Source: Acidobacteriota bacterium (GTDB lineage Bacteria; Acidobacteriota; UBA6911; RPQK01; JAJDTT01). Taken from it: a DNA stretch of 64,000 nucleotides. This document shows, in pieces, positions 8,929 to 19,923 of this stretch (position 1 is its first letter; the number at the start of each line of letters is the position of its first letter). The position numbers and the translations under genes were made by a program. The stretch covers positions 5,440,001 to 5,504,000 of the forward strand of contig OZ253580.1 of NCBI GenBank assembly GCA_965263035.1, given 5' to 3'. The notes under the pieces were generated by a model, which was given only the letters and a program-made list of their open reading frames with translations, was not told where the DNA came from and did no database searches.

Positions 8929-10446
8929 ATGAGCTCCGGAAGCGAACTGATCAACCGGCGGCTGGAGAAGCTGCGGAGCATCCGGGCCGGTGGCCATGAT
9001 CCCTATCCCGCCCACTACGACCTGACCCACGAAATTCCCCGGATTCTGGAGAGCTTCTCCCACCTGGAGGCTGCAGAACTGGAGGCCGCGCGGCGGAAGG
9101 TTCGAACCGCCGGCCGCATGGTTTCGATGCGGGGCCATGGCAAGGTCAGCTTCGCCCACTTGAGCCAGGGTGGAGGCCGGCTCCAGATCTACGTCCGCCG
9201 GGATCGGGTGGGACCCGAGGAACACGATCTGTTCCGGTTGCTGGACATCGGGGACTTTCTGGGCGTGGAGGGGGAGTTGCTGCGGACCCGTACGGGAGAA
9301 CTGACGGTCTTCGCCGATTCGGTGCAGTTGTTGTCCAAGTCGGTCCGGCCCCTTCCCGAGAAGTGGCACGGCCTGGCCGACGTGGAAGTGCGTTACCGGC
9401 AGCGCTATCTGGACCTGATGGCCAACCCCCGCGTGCGGTCCGTATTCGTCCGCCGCAACCGGATCATCTCGTTCCTCCGACGCTTTCTGGAGGCCAGGGG
9501 GTTCCTGGAGGTGGAAACCCCCATGATGCAGGTCCTGGCGGGAGGCGCGACGGCCCGTCCCTTCAGGACCTATCACGAGGCGCTGGGAATCCCGTTGTAT
9601 CTGAGGATCGCGCCGGAGCTCTACCTCAAACGCCTGGTGGTGGGCGGGTTGGATCGGGTGTTCGAGATCAACCGGAATTTTCGAAACGAGGGCGTGTCCA
9701 CCCGTCACAATCCCGAGTTCACCATGTTGGAGTTCTACCAGGCCTACAGCGACTACGGTGATCTGATGGATCTGACGGAGGAGATGTTGGGGGGTCTGGT
9801 CCAGGAGGTCTGCCAAGGATTGGAGGTGGAGTACGGACCATCGACCATCGACTTCTCCTCGTTTCAACGGTACAGCATGGTGGATGCGATTCGTCAGTTC
9901 TGGCCCGGGCCACAGGCCCCCTCGGCCGAGAGCCTGATGGACTCCGCCGGGCTGAATACTCTGCTTCGTGGCCAGAACCTGGAAGTGCCGGCGGGGTCGA
10001 GTTGGGATCGCATGCTGGGACTGCTGTTCGAGACGGTGGCCGAAAAGCACTTGATCCAGCCCACATTCATCTATGATTTCCCGGCGCAGCTGTCCCCTCT
10101 CTCCAAGCGGAAGGCCGATGATCCCCGATTCACGGAGCGTTTCGAGCTGTTCGCCGGAGGTCTGGAGCTGGCCAACGCCTACAGCGAGCTGAACGATCCG
10201 GAAGAGCAGAGGCAGCGATTCCGGGAGCAGCTGATCGACCGGGAGCAGGGAAACGACGAGGCCCACGAGATGGATGAGGACTATGTTCGGGCCCTCGAGT
10301 ACGGAATGCCGCCGGTCGCCGGCGAGGGAATCGGCATCGATCGGCTTGCAATGCTGCTGACCAACTCTTCCTCCATCCGGGAAGTGATTCTGTTTCCCCA
10401 CCTCCGTCCGTCGCGAACGGATAGAGGCTCGCGGGACGAAGAGTGA
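8929..10446 (+). CDS. lysS: Lysyl-tRNA synthetase (class II)
   Basis: LPEKWHGL, LRIAPELYLKRL, FRNEG...HNPEF, YGMPP...GIGIDRL; start chosen at ATG 8929. Confidence 0.97.
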   Translation: MSSGSELINRRLEKLRSIRAGGHDPYPAHYDLTHEIPRILESFSHLEAAELEAARRKVRTAGRMVSMRGHGKVSFAHLSQGGGRLQIYVRRDRVGPEEHDLFRLLDIGDFLGVEGELLRTRTGELTVFADSVQLLSKSVRPLPEKWHGLADVEVRYRQRYLDLMANPRVRSVFVRRNRIISFLRRFLEARGFLEVETPMMQVLAGGATARPFRTYHEALGIPLYLRIAPELYLKRLVVGGLDRVFEINRNFRNEGVSTRHNPEFTMLEFYQAYSDYGDLMDLTEEMLGGLVQEVCQGLEVEYGPSTIDFSSFQRYSMVDAIRQFWPGPQAPSAESLMDSAGLNTLLRGQNLEVPAGSSWDRMLGLLFETVAEKHLIQPTFIYDFPAQLSPLSKRKADDPRFTERFELFAGGLELANAYSELNDPEEQRQRFREQLIDREQGNDEAHEMDEDYVRALEYGMPPVAGEGIGIDRLAMLLTNSSSIREVILFPHLRPSRTDRGSRDEE

Positions 10447-10515
10447 GAGGCAGGTACGTTGGCCGGACTGTGCTCACTCGGAGTCGGTGAAAAGGCGACG
10501 AAATAGGGGGCGTGA

Positions 10516-11742
10516 ATGCGTTTCGAGCTGTTTGTCGCCCTCCGGTATCTTCGAGCCCAACGCAAACAAGCCGTCATCTCGGTCATCAGCATCATTTCGG
10601 TGGTCGGGGTAGCCGCCGGCGTGATGGCCCTCACCATCGCGCTGGCCCTGAACAACGGTCTGCAACGAGAGTTTCAGGCCCGCATTCTGGGAGCCACCTC
10701 CCATCTCAATCTCCTGCCCGCCCGGGACCGGGCCATCACCGGGTATCAGGAAATCGCGCGCGCCCTGAATGAGATGCCCCGGATCAAGAGCGTCGTGCCG
10801 ACGGTCTACGGACAGACGATGTTGCGGGTCGGTTCGAGACAGGGAGCGGCAATCCTGAAGGGGATCGGCGGAGATCCGAGCCGGCCGTCCAATCTGAGTG
10901 TCTCCATCATCGAGGGAACCACGGCAGGATTCCATGACGGCGGCAGGCCCTTCCCCATCATCCTCGGGAAGGACCTGGCGGGATCCCTGGGAGCGCTGGT
11001 GGGAGAACAGGTTCGGGCTTACGGGCTACGCGGCGAGCTCTCACCCCTCGGCCGCAGTATTCGGGTCGGGAGTTTCCGGGTCATGGCTCTTTTCGAGTCC
11101 GGGTTGTGGGAATACGACTCCAATTGGGCTCTGGTGCCGCTGGCCGCGGCACAGTCCTTCTTCGGTCTTTCGAAGGATCAGGCCTCGGCGTTGGAAATGC
11201 GGGTCGAGGACATCTACGCCGTCGAAACCCAGGCCCGGACAGTGCAGGAGGCGATGGGTGATGAATTCGCCACGAACACCTGGATCGAACTGAACAGGCC
11301 GCTGTTTTCGGCTCTGGAGTTGGAGAAGCTGGCCCTGTTCGTCGCCATCGGACTCATCGTTCTGGTCGCTGCCCTGAACATTGTCAGCACCCTGACCCTC
11401 ATGGTCATGGACAAGAACCGGGATATTTCCATCATCACCGCCATGGGAGGGACTCCTCGAACGGTCACCGCGGTGTTCATGCTCCAAGGCCTCATCATCG
11501 GTTTGTTCGGCACCGGACTGGGCGGCATCTTGGGGGCGGTCACCGCCTGGTACCTGGACGCCTACCAGGCGATCGAGCTGGAACCTCGTGTCTATTCGAT
11601 TCCATACGTCCCCTTTCAGTTGAATCCGTGGGATCTCGTCGTGGTTTCGCTGCTGGCGATTGTCATCAGTTTTGCCGCCACCCTGTATCCGGCACGCGCC
11701 GCGTCCAGGCTGGATCCGGTGGAAGGGCTCCGCCATGAGTGA
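10516..11742 (+). CDS. Lipoprotein-releasing ABC transporter permease LolC/E
   Basis: FtsX-type permease; N-terminal ALRYL, C-terminal YPARAASRLDPVEGLR. Confidence 0.9.
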   Translation: MRFELFVALRYLRAQRKQAVISVISIISVVGVAAGVMALTIALALNNGLQREFQARILGATSHLNLLPARDRAITGYQEIARALNEMPRIKSVVPTVYGQTMLRVGSRQGAAILKGIGGDPSRPSNLSVSIIEGTTAGFHDGGRPFPIILGKDLAGSLGALVGEQVRAYGLRGELSPLGRSIRVGSFRVMALFESGLWEYDSNWALVPLAAAQSFFGLSKDQASALEMRVEDIYAVETQARTVQEAMGDEFATNTWIELNRPLFSALELEKLALFVAIGLIVLVAALNIVSTLTLMVMDKNRDISIITAMGGTPRTVTAVFMLQGLIIGLFGTGLGGILGAVTAWYLDAYQAIELEPRVYSIPYVPFQLNPWDLVVVSLLAIVISFAATLYPARAASRLDPVEGLRHE

Positions 11743-12406
11743 TCTTCTCAAGATCCGTGACCTGTCGAAATCCTATCGTTCGGGGCAGGAGCGGCTGCGC
11801 ATTCTCGTGGATTTGAAGCTGACGGTCAAGACGGGGCAAATGGTGGCGATCACGGGAGCCAGCGGTTCGGGCAAGAGCACCTTTCTGCATCTGGTCGGGG
11901 GAATGGAGAGACCGGATTCGGGGAGTATCCTCTTCCAGGATCTTGAGATCACCGGACTGCAGGGGCGGGAGCTGGCTGCATACCGGAACCGGACCGTGGG
12001 CTTCGTGTTTCAGTTCCACTACCTCCTCCCCGAGTTCAACGCCCAGGAAAACGCCATGTTTCCCTTGCTGCTGCGGGGGGCCTCCCACCAGGAGGCGTCC
12101 GAGCGGGCTGAAGCTCTTCTGGCAGAGGTGGGGTTGGGTGACCGGATGCGGCACCGGCCGGGCGAACTTTCGGGGGGTGAGCAACAGCGTGTCGCCATCG
12201 CGCGCGCCCTGGCGGGAGAACCCAGACTGTTGTTGGCCGACGAACCCACAGGCAATCTCGATCCGGCCACCTCCGAGCGAATTTACGAACTGCTGGATCA
12301 GGTGCATCGAAACCACGGACTCACTTCCCTGATCGCAACCCACAACGCCACCCTCGCAGATCTTTGCAGCGTCCGTAAGGAGGTCTTTCTAGGGAAACTC
12401 GTTTAG
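11735..12406 (+). CDS. lolD: Lipoprotein-releasing ABC transporter ATP-binding protein
   Basis: [46 protein letters not shown]. Confidence 0.92.
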   Translation: MSDLLKIRDLSKSYRSGQERLRILVDLKLTVKTGQMVAITGASGSGKSTFLHLVGGMERPDSGSILFQDLEITGLQGRELAAYRNRTVGFVFQFHYLLPEFNAQENAMFPLLLRGASHQEASERAEALLAEVGLGDRMRHRPGELSGGEQQRVAIARALAGEPRLLLADEPTGNLDPATSERIYELLDQVHRNHGLTSLIATHNATLADLCSVRKEVFLGKLV

Positions 12407-12566
12407 CAGCCCGTGGTAAAAGTCGTCACGGCATTCGACCGTCCCTGCATCGTGCGCGGACTGCGTTGCTATCGGCTCACATACTCCCGGTGTGCTCCCC
12501 GATCGCGCCTTGTCCGGCGGGCGCTGGACCGGTCTCGGTGCTCGCGGGACTTTTCCCACGGACTGC
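12406..12566. repeat. ~162-bp palindromic repeat, copy 5
   Basis: TA-GCAGCCCGTGGTAAAAGTC ... GACTTTTCCCACGGACTGC; starts inside the lolD TAG. Confidence 0.92.
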
Positions 12567-12770
12567 TTGCCCGCCGAGTCCGCCAACGGCGTTCCGCGGT
12601 CTCGCCTGTCTCCGGAAATCCAATCACAACCGGGCGGGATTCCGGGCCCGGAGCATTCGTGCCGGCGCCGGTTTCCCGCTTTATCACTACGCGCGTGTAT
12701 AATCGGTCGAGTCGGTGAGCGGTTTGCTCGGGCATTTGCGGTTTGCTTATATTTAGATGGAAATCGCTCC

Positions 12771-15212
12771 ATGTTTGAGAAGTACACGGAAAAAGCGAGG
12801 CGGGTCATTTTCTTTGCCCGTTATGAGGCCAGTCAGCTCGGTTCCCGGTCCATCGAAACGGAACACCTCCTGCTGGGTCTGCTCCGGGAGGACAAGGGTC
12901 TCACCAACCGCTTCTTTCGCCGGAGCGAAGCCACGCTGGAGGTGATTCGCAAGGAAATCGAGGGTCGTTCGGAAGTCCGGGAAAAAGTCTCGACTTCAGT
13001 CGAACTTCCTCTGAGCGATGAGTCAAAGCGGGTGCTCACGTTTGCCGCCGAAGAAGCGGAACGCCTTCTTTGCAGTTATATCGGGACCGAGCACATTCTT
13101 CTGGGTCTCCTCAGGGAAGAGAAGTCGGCGGCCTCGATGATCCTGACCGAGAAAGGGCTGCATCTGGGGCGGGTTCGGGATGAGCTGTCTGGAAATCCGG
13201 GACGTCCCACGCCGCATAAGGTGAAGGAATCTTTGATCCTGACCGAGTTCAGCCGGGATCTGACCGAAGCGGCCATGCGCGGAGACTTGGATCCCCTCAT
13301 CGGCCGTGAGGCCGAGATCGAGCGTGTCACCCAGATTCTCTGCCGCCGGACCAAGAACAATCCGGCGCTGATCGGCGAGCCGGGAGTGGGGAAAACGGCG
13401 ATCGTAGAGGGCTTGGCCCAAAGAATCGTCAACGGCGACGCTCCCGCCATGCTCCTGGACAAACGAATTCTCGCTCTGGATATTTCCTTGATCGTGGCCG
13501 GCACCAAATACCGCGGGCAGTTCGAGGAGCGGTTGAAGTCCATCATGAAGGAGATCATCGAGAATCCTCAATTCGTGATCTTCGTCGACGAGTTGCACAC
13601 GCTGGTGGGAGCCGGCTCGGCAGAGGGCTCCCTGGATGCGGCGAACATCCTGAAACCGGCCCTGTCGCGTGGAGATCTCCAGTGTGTGGGGGCGACGACC
13701 CCTTACGAATACCGCCGTTTCATCGAGAAGGACCGGGCTCTTGAACGTCGGTTCCAGTCGGTAAAGGTGGCGGCGACCAACGAGGAAGAGACGACAAGGA
13801 TCATCCACGGCATCAAGGAACGTTACGAGAGTTTCCACCGGGTGCAATACGACGACGAATCCATCAAGGCTGCGGTCAGCCATTCCAATCGTTACATTCC
13901 CGATCGTTTTCTGCCGGACAAGGCGATCGACGTCCTGGATGAAGCCGGAGCCAGGGTGAAACTCAACTACACCTCATTTCCCGACGAAGTGACGGTTCTC
14001 CAACAGAAGATTCGGGTGACTGTCCGGGAGGTGGACAACGCCATCTCCGCCAAGGAATTCGACCGGGCGGCCCAACTCAAGGATCGCGAGGTGGTGGAGC
14101 GCGAGAACCTGAAGATCGTCAAGGATCGCTGGAAGCTCAACAATTGCGTCACTCCGATGGTGGGCCGGAAACATGTCGAAGAGGTCATCTCCCGCTGGAC
14201 CGGGATTCCGGTAAGCGCGTTGCGGGAAGAGGAGACACAGAAGCTGTTGCGCATGGAGGTGGACCTGCACCGCCGGGTGATCAGCCAGGACACGGCCGTT
14301 TCCGCGCTCGCCCGGGCAATTCGCCGGAGCCGAGCCGGGATGAAGCATCCAAACCGGCCCGTAGGATCATTCCTGTTCCTGGGGCCCACGGGCGTGGGCA
14401 AGACGGAGTTGGCCAAATCATTGGCCGAGTTCCTGTTCGGAAGCGAGAAGTCGCTGATCCGTTTCGACATGTCCGAGTACTTGGAGAAACATTCGGTGTC
14501 CAAGCTCATCGGTTCGCCCCCCGGATACGTGGGACACGAAGAGGGTGGGCAGCTGACCGAACGTGTCCGGCGCAATCCCTATTGCGTGGTCCTTCTGGAT
14601 GAGGTCGAAAAAGCCCATTTCGACATTTTCAACTTGTTGCTGCAGGTCTTCGAAGACGGCCAGTTGACCGACTCCCATGGGAATACGGTCGATTTCAAGA
14701 ACAGCATCGTCATCATGACCTCCAACATCGGAGCTCGATACCTGATGAACAAACCCCAGATGGGGTTTGCGAGCGGAGTGGATCAGGGGAGGGAGAAGGT
14801 GGAAGAGGTCATCATGGAAGAGGTGAAACGCGTCTTCAATCCCGAGTTCCTGAATCGGGTGGACGACCTCATCCTGTTCGATTCCCTGACCGAAGCGGAT
14901 CTGGGAAAAATCGTCGATCTGCTCATCGACAAGGGCAACGAGAATCTGTCCCAGAAGCAGATTCGTATATCGTTGGGCAAGAGCGCGAAAAGATGGATCA
15001 TAGACAAGACTTGCTGCGACCGTTCCTATGGAGCACGCCCCCTGAGGAGAGCCATCCAGAAATATATTGAAGATCCGGTTTCGGAGCTGATCATTCAGGG
15101 GAAATTGAAAGAAAAGGAAACTCTCTCCATCTTTATCAAGGGTGGAGCATTGTACTATCGGGCCAAGGGATCCAAGAGTGCAGGTGTTCCCCTGTCATTC
15201 GGGATCGCGTAG
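12771..15212 (+). CDS. clpC: ATP-dependent Clp protease ATP-binding subunit
   Basis: [11 protein letters not shown] Clp-N start, two AAA+ Walker A motifs ([16 protein letters not shown]), [11 protein letters not shown]-like middle coil. Confidence 0.93.
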   Translation: MFEKYTEKARRVIFFARYEASQLGSRSIETEHLLLGLLREDKGLTNRFFRRSEATLEVIRKEIEGRSEVREKVSTSVELPLSDESKRVLTFAAEEAERLLCSYIGTEHILLGLLREEKSAASMILTEKGLHLGRVRDELSGNPGRPTPHKVKESLILTEFSRDLTEAAMRGDLDPLIGREAEIERVTQILCRRTKNNPALIGEPGVGKTAIVEGLAQRIVNGDAPAMLLDKRILALDISLIVAGTKYRGQFEERLKSIMKEIIENPQFVIFVDELHTLVGAGSAEGSLDAANILKPALSRGDLQCVGATTPYEYRRFIEKDRALERRFQSVKVAATNEEETTRIIHGIKERYESFHRVQYDDESIKAAVSHSNRYIPDRFLPDKAIDVLDEAGARVKLNYTSFPDEVTVLQQKIRVTVREVDNAISAKEFDRAAQLKDREVVERENLKIVKDRWKLNNCVTPMVGRKHVEEVISRWTGIPVSALREEETQKLLRMEVDLHRRVISQDTAVSALARAIRRSRAGMKHPNRPVGSFLFLGPTGVGKTELAKSLAEFLFGSEKSLIRFDMSEYLEKHSVSKLIGSPPGYVGHEEGGQLTERVRRNPYCVVLLDEVEKAHFDIFNLLLQVFEDGQLTDSHGNTVDFKNSIVIMTSNIGARYLMNKPQMGFASGVDQGREKVEEVIMEEVKRVFNPEFLNRVDDLILFDSLTEADLGKIVDLLIDKGNENLSQKQIRISLGKSAKRWIIDKTCCDRSYGARPLRRAIQKYIEDPVSELIIQGKLKEKETLSIFIKGGALYYRAKGSKSAGVPLSFGIA

Positions 15213-15372
15213 CGGCCCGTGGTGTAAGTCCCGCGGAGGACCTGAAGCGGCGAATGGTTCGCCGGGCAAGGCGTGACGACGAAGCATGCGGGGCGTATGT
15301 GACCGAGGAGCAACACCTCCCGCCGGGAGGCGGCTCTGGTCAGATGCCACGGAGACTTATGCCGCGGGCTGC
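15212..15372. repeat. ~162-bp palindromic repeat, divergent copy 6
   Basis: TA-GCGGCCCGTGGTGTAAGTC ... GACTTATGCCGCGGGCTGC; retains the core GTATGTGACCGAGGAGCAAC. Confidence 0.85.
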
Positions 15373-15429
15373 TGATTCACGAGTCTCCCAGTCCAGGTCA
15401 GAAATCGGGATGGGTTCGTCGAGCGAAAA

Positions 15430-15458
15430 TTGTCCTACCGGAGGGCACTGGATAGAAT
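15430..15458 (+). promoter_or_regulatory. Putative sigma70 promoter of bamA-lpx genes
   Basis: TTGTCC-17 bp-TAGAAT. Confidence 0.55.
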
Positions 15459-15465
15459 CTTGATG

Positions 15466-18108
15466 ATGGGCAAACCATTTAGTGCTGCTCACAGACTGAA
15501 CGTCGTCCGGATGTACCGGATCGTGCTTCTGATTCTGGCCCTTTCCTGGGGAGGCTCCGAGCTTCTCAACGCCCAGGGCCGCCAGTCGGTCGGCCGCCTG
15601 GAGGAAGTACGCATCCTCGGGAATCGGCGCATCAGCGAGGACACCATTCGGTTCTACATCCAGAGCCGGCAGGGGGACGTCTACAACGAAGGGCAGATCC
15701 TCCGCGATTTCCGGAGTCTCCTCAACACCAACTTCTTCCTCAATGCCAAGGTGAAGAAGTTGGAGGGAGAGACGGGAACCATCGTCCTGTTCGAGGTCAA
15801 GGAACGCCCCCTCATTCGGACCATCGAATACAAGGGCATGAAGTCCTTCAAGGAATCGGACGTGCTGGAGCAGTTCCGGGAACTCAAGGTGGGGATGACT
15901 GTCGACAACCCCTTCGACGGCGCCAAGCTGCCCAAGGCGCGGCGGGCCCTGCGGACCTTGTTGGACACGAACGGGCGCCCTCTGGGTCGAGTGGAGGTCA
16001 CCGTCGAGCCGATCACGTCGTCCGCCATCAAGGTGGTCTTCAACATCGACGAAGGGCCCAAGGTGAGGATCGGCAAGATTCAATTCGAGGGCAACACGGT
16101 CTTTTCGGACGGGGAACTGCGGGGCGGCTTGAAGCTGACCAAGGAGCGGGGGCCCATCACCCTCTTCAAGGGTTTCGACAAGTACATCAAGGATAAGGTC
16201 GAACACGATCTCCACGTCAACATGATGGACAAGTACCGGGAGATGGGGTACATGGAGGCCCGGCTCGGCGAGCCCCAGGTGGAGATCGTGGAGGCCGGCA
16301 GAGGCCTTTTGTTCGGCTTTCGCAAGACCAAGCAACAGTACTTCATCACCGTGCCCATCGACGAGGGGCCTCAGTTCAGGTTCGGCGAGTTCAAGCTGGA
16401 GGGCATCAAGAATTTCGACTCCGAAGTCCTGACACGCGCCTACAACATTCGGAAGGGTGAAGTCTTCAACTGGGTCCAACTGCAGAAGGCAAACGAGGAC
16501 CTGAAAAAACTCTACGCCCGGTACGGCTACCTGGACATGGAGGCGATTCCCGAGATCGACAAGGACGAAAACGAAAATGTCATGAACGTCGGGATCCGCG
16601 TGGAGGAAGGGAAGCAGTACCTGGTGAAGCGGATCAACTTCCTGGGGAATACCAAGACCCGCGACAAGGTCCTCCGGCGTGAGTTTCTACTGGAGGAGCA
16701 GCGTCAGTTCAACGGCGACCTGTTGGACATTTCCGTCATTCGTCTCAATCAGTTGGGGTTCTTCGACAAGATCGAGGAGGAGGATTACGAGGTCGTCAAG
16801 CGCCCGGATCTGGCCGAGGTGGACATTCTGGTCACGGTCAAGGAGCAGAGTCAACAGTCCATCGGTCTGACCGGCGGCGTCAGCGGCATCAGCGGCAAGT
16901 TCATCGGACTCAGTTATTCGACCAACAACTTCCGGGGATTGGGCCAGCAGATCTACGTCCAGGCAGTCACCGGTACTCGAACTCAGCAGTACAATTTCTC
17001 GTTCCAAGAGCCCTATTTTCTGGATACACGCGTGTCCCTGGGGTTCTCCGTCTTCAGCCAGCGCTTCCGTTACGACACCTTTACGGCATTCTATGGTCTG
17101 TTCCTGCCCGAGAACAACGTCAACCTCTTCACCCGAAACAGTACCGGGTTCAGTGTGCAGACAGCCTATCCCCTGTGGCGATGGGTGCGGGTGGGACTCT
17201 CCTATCAGCTCCAGAGGATCAGCATCACGGACGTGGCAGAAAGCTTCGGCGATTTTGCCTTGAGTCAGCTGACCGGTTTCACTCCCGGCGGCAGCCGCGA
17301 AGATGCCCAGAAAGGCATCATCCGGAGCGAGGTCACACCCAGTTGGACCTACAACAGCAAGAACGCATTTTTTGGCGCCACCCGGGGGTCCATGTTGCGA
17401 CTCCAGGTTCCTCTTGCCGGGGGGCCCCTGGGGGGGACCTACAACGTCGTTTCTCCCATACTCGAATATCAGAAATTCATGGAAGACCGCTGGTTGAGCG
17501 GCGGCCGCAACAGTATGGGCTTCCGAGCCCAGTTCCTGCACCTGCTCCCCTACGGAGAACTGCCCGACGGCGGCCCCATGACGGTGCCATTCTTCGAACG
17601 CATCTACCGGGGCGGCGAGTTCGACTTTCGGGGGTTCGATCTGAGATCGGTGACACCGTGGGCCAAGACTCGATCACCCTTGAGGGACGATTCGGGAAAT
17701 CCCATCATCGATCGCCGGACGGGACTTCCGGCCCTGAGCGAGAATCTGGTGCCCGCGGGTGGAGATACCTCTTTACTCCTGACAGGCGAGTATCGAATTC
17801 CCGTGGCCGGGCCAATACATTTGGCCGCATTCGCGGATTTCGGGATCAACACGGTACTGAAGAAAAACAAGCTGGTTCTGTTCGGACCGAACACGGCGAT
17901 TGACCTGTTGGAGAGCACCAACGATGTTTGGCGGATGTCGACGGGGATGGAATTCCAGTTCATCATGCCTATGCTCAACCAGCCGTTTCGCCTCATATTC
18001 GCCTATAATCCCATGGTCATGGATACCACGGTCACGGTGAATGGAATCCGTTATCCGATGCAGGAACGTCGCAAGAACATCCGATTTACGGTAGGATATA
18101 CCTTCTAA
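15466..18108 (+). CDS. bamA: Outer membrane protein assembly factor BamA (start uncertain: 15463/15466/15511)
   Basis: Signal peptide, POTRA repeats (GNTKTRDKVLRRE), FRGF lid motif, C-terminal Phe. Confidence 0.94.
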   Translation: MGKPFSAAHRLNVVRMYRIVLLILALSWGGSELLNAQGRQSVGRLEEVRILGNRRISEDTIRFYIQSRQGDVYNEGQILRDFRSLLNTNFFLNAKVKKLEGETGTIVLFEVKERPLIRTIEYKGMKSFKESDVLEQFRELKVGMTVDNPFDGAKLPKARRALRTLLDTNGRPLGRVEVTVEPITSSAIKVVFNIDEGPKVRIGKIQFEGNTVFSDGELRGGLKLTKERGPITLFKGFDKYIKDKVEHDLHVNMMDKYREMGYMEARLGEPQVEIVEAGRGLLFGFRKTKQQYFITVPIDEGPQFRFGEFKLEGIKNFDSEVLTRAYNIRKGEVFNWVQLQKANEDLKKLYARYGYLDMEAIPEIDKDENENVMNVGIRVEEGKQYLVKRINFLGNTKTRDKVLRREFLLEEQRQFNGDLLDISVIRLNQLGFFDKIEEEDYEVVKRPDLAEVDILVTVKEQSQQSIGLTGGVSGISGKFIGLSYSTNNFRGLGQQIYVQAVTGTRTQQYNFSFQEPYFLDTRVSLGFSVFSQRFRYDTFTAFYGLFLPENNVNLFTRNSTGFSVQTAYPLWRWVRVGLSYQLQRISITDVAESFGDFALSQLTGFTPGGSREDAQKGIIRSEVTPSWTYNSKNAFFGATRGSMLRLQVPLAGGPLGGTYNVVSPILEYQKFMEDRWLSGGRNSMGFRAQFLHLLPYGELPDGGPMTVPFFERIYRGGEFDFRGFDLRSVTPWAKTRSPLRDDSGNPIIDRRTGLPALSENLVPAGGDTSLLLTGEYRIPVAGPIHLAAFADFGINTVLKKNKLVLFGPNTAIDLLESTNDVWRMSTGMEFQFIMPMLNQPFRLIFAYNPMVMDTTVTVNGIRYPMQERRKNIRFTVGYTF

Positions 18109-18126
18109 AAAGAAGTGGGGAGGATC

Positions 18127-18711
18127 ATGTTCACGAGATATCGAAGAAGTTTGGTCTTGTTTGCCGGCCTTGCCGGTGTGATGGGCGCGGCACCCTGGGC
18201 CATGTCGCAGGGTCTGGCCGCCGCTGGGCTCAAGGTTGGATTTGTCAATTCGGTTGAAGTTCTGCAAGGGACCGACGAAGGCAGGCAGAAGCTGGGCGGG
18301 TTTCAGCAGTGGGCTGAGGCGAGACAAAAGGAACTGCAGCAGGACAAGACCGAGTTGGATCGGTTGCGCGAACAGTTTGCCGCCCAGGAACGCACGTTGA
18401 ATCCGGATACTCGAACCGAAATGATGAGGACCATCGAGGATCGGGACCGGAGGCTGCGCCGGAAACAGGAAGACAGCCAGTTGGAGTCCGAGTCCAGAAA
18501 TCGTCAGATGCTGGAACAGGTCGGAACCAAGATCCAGACGATCATCAGCGAGTACGCCCAGCAGAACGGTTATTCCGTCATCTTCTTGCGCAACGAGAGC
18601 CAGAGCTACGTGGATCCCTCCTTGGACGTCACCAAGGAACTCGTCTCCATCTACAATCAGCGTCATCCGGTGGCTTCCTCCCAGACTTCGTCCGCTCCGG
18701 CCCAGCCCTAG
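18127..18711 (+). CDS. skp: OmpH/Skp periplasmic chaperone
   Basis: Signal peptide, KVGFVN, coiled coil, LDVT; lies between bamA and lpxD. Confidence 0.9.
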   Translation: MFTRYRRSLVLFAGLAGVMGAAPWAMSQGLAAAGLKVGFVNSVEVLQGTDEGRQKLGGFQQWAEARQKELQQDKTELDRLREQFAAQERTLNPDTRTEMMRTIEDRDRRLRRKQEDSQLESESRNRQMLEQVGTKIQTIISEYAQQNGYSVIFLRNESQSYVDPSLDVTKELVSIYNQRHPVASSQTSSAPAQP

Positions 18712-18845
18712 CGCCCGAGCGGGAACCCCGTTCCGGCGGGATTGATGCCGGATTGGCGGGTGCAGGTCCTGCATCCATCCGAGTCCGATGATGCGCCCGG
18801 AGTAATGGCCGTTGCCGGCGCGTCGATACCCGTAAGGCCACGACG

Positions 18846-19853
18846 GTGCTCTATCGTCTGCGACAGCTGGCGAAACACGTGGGTGGAGAGGTCGCGGGCG
18901 ACCCGGACACTCCCATCAGGCGCTTGAGACCCTTCGAGACGGCTGGTCCGGGCGATCTGACGTTGGCGGTCGAGAAGCGGTACGAGGAGCGGATTCGGGA
19001 AACCGGCGCGTCGGCCGTCATCGTATCCAAGACGGTGCGGTTTCGGAACCGTCCCTTGCTTCGCGTCGACAACCCGCGGTTGGCTTTCGCTCGGCTCTTG
19101 CAATTCATCGATAAGACGCCCTTTGTGCCCACCGGCGTATCGCCTGACGCCACCGTGGGCCGCGATTGCTCCATCCCCGAGAGGGTGTCCATCCATCCCC
19201 ATGCCTATGTCGGAGACGGAGTCACCCTGGGCGAAGAGGTGACCCTCCATCCTGGGGTTTATGTGGGGAACGGGTGCACCATCGGTGATGGCACCATTCT
19301 CCATCCGAATGTGACGGTCTACGACGGAATTCGCATCGGTGCCCGCGTCATTCTCCACAGCGGCGCCGTGATCGGTGCCGATGGATTCGGCTATGTTTTC
19401 GACGGGGAACGGCAGGTCAAGATCCCCCAGCGGGGGACGGTTGTGATCGAGGATGACGTGGAGATCGGTGCCAACAGTTGCGTGGACCGGGCCACCTTCG
19501 GTCAGACCACCATTGGCAGGGGCGTCAAGCTGGACGACCACGTGCAGATCGGTCACAACTGCACCATCGGCGAGAACACCGTCATGGTCGGGCAGGTGGG
19601 TGTCTCCGGTAGCGTCACCGTGGGCCGGAACTGCATTCTGGCGGGGCAGTCGGGAGTCGTCGACCACGTCCGAATCGGCGACGGCGTCAAGGTTCTGGCC
19701 AAGACGGCAGTGACCAAAGATGTCCCGGACGGGATGACCGTGTCCGGACAGCCGGCCAGAGACCACCGGACGACGGTGAAGATTCAGGCCCTGACGCGGC
19801 GCCTTCCTCAACTGATGGCGGAATGGCGTGCATGGAAGAAGAGGGGGCCTTGA
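18846..19853 (+). CDS. lpxD: UDP-3-O-acylglucosamine N-acyltransferase
   Basis: Hexapeptide repeats, IGADGFGY, KIPQ.G, KLDDHVQIGHN. Confidence 0.96.
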   Translation: MLYRLRQLAKHVGGEVAGDPDTPIRRLRPFETAGPGDLTLAVEKRYEERIRETGASAVIVSKTVRFRNRPLLRVDNPRLAFARLLQFIDKTPFVPTGVSPDATVGRDCSIPERVSIHPHAYVGDGVTLGEEVTLHPGVYVGNGCTIGDGTILHPNVTVYDGIRIGARVILHSGAVIGADGFGYVFDGERQVKIPQRGTVVIEDDVEIGANSCVDRATFGQTTIGRGVKLDDHVQIGHNCTIGENTVMVGQVGVSGSVTVGRNCILAGQSGVVDHVRIGDGVKVLAKTAVTKDVPDGMTVSGQPARDHRTTVKIQALTRRLPQLMAEWRAWKKRGP

Positions 19854-19923
19854 TGTTGAGCCTTGAAACGCCTTTCCGGTGGTGGGTAGGGTACTGCTTT
19901 TGAAGGAAGGGCAGGAACGCGGC

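Noticed and set aside
8809-10401. Long antisense ORFs (e.g. 530 aa opposite lysS, 457 aa opposite ptsI, 488 aa opposite DUF1501)
   Set aside because: Typical shadow ORFs of high-GC coding sequence; no motifs.
12492-12770. 93-aa N-terminal extension of ClpC
   Set aside because: It starts inside a repeat copy; the canonical MFEKYT start is at 12771.
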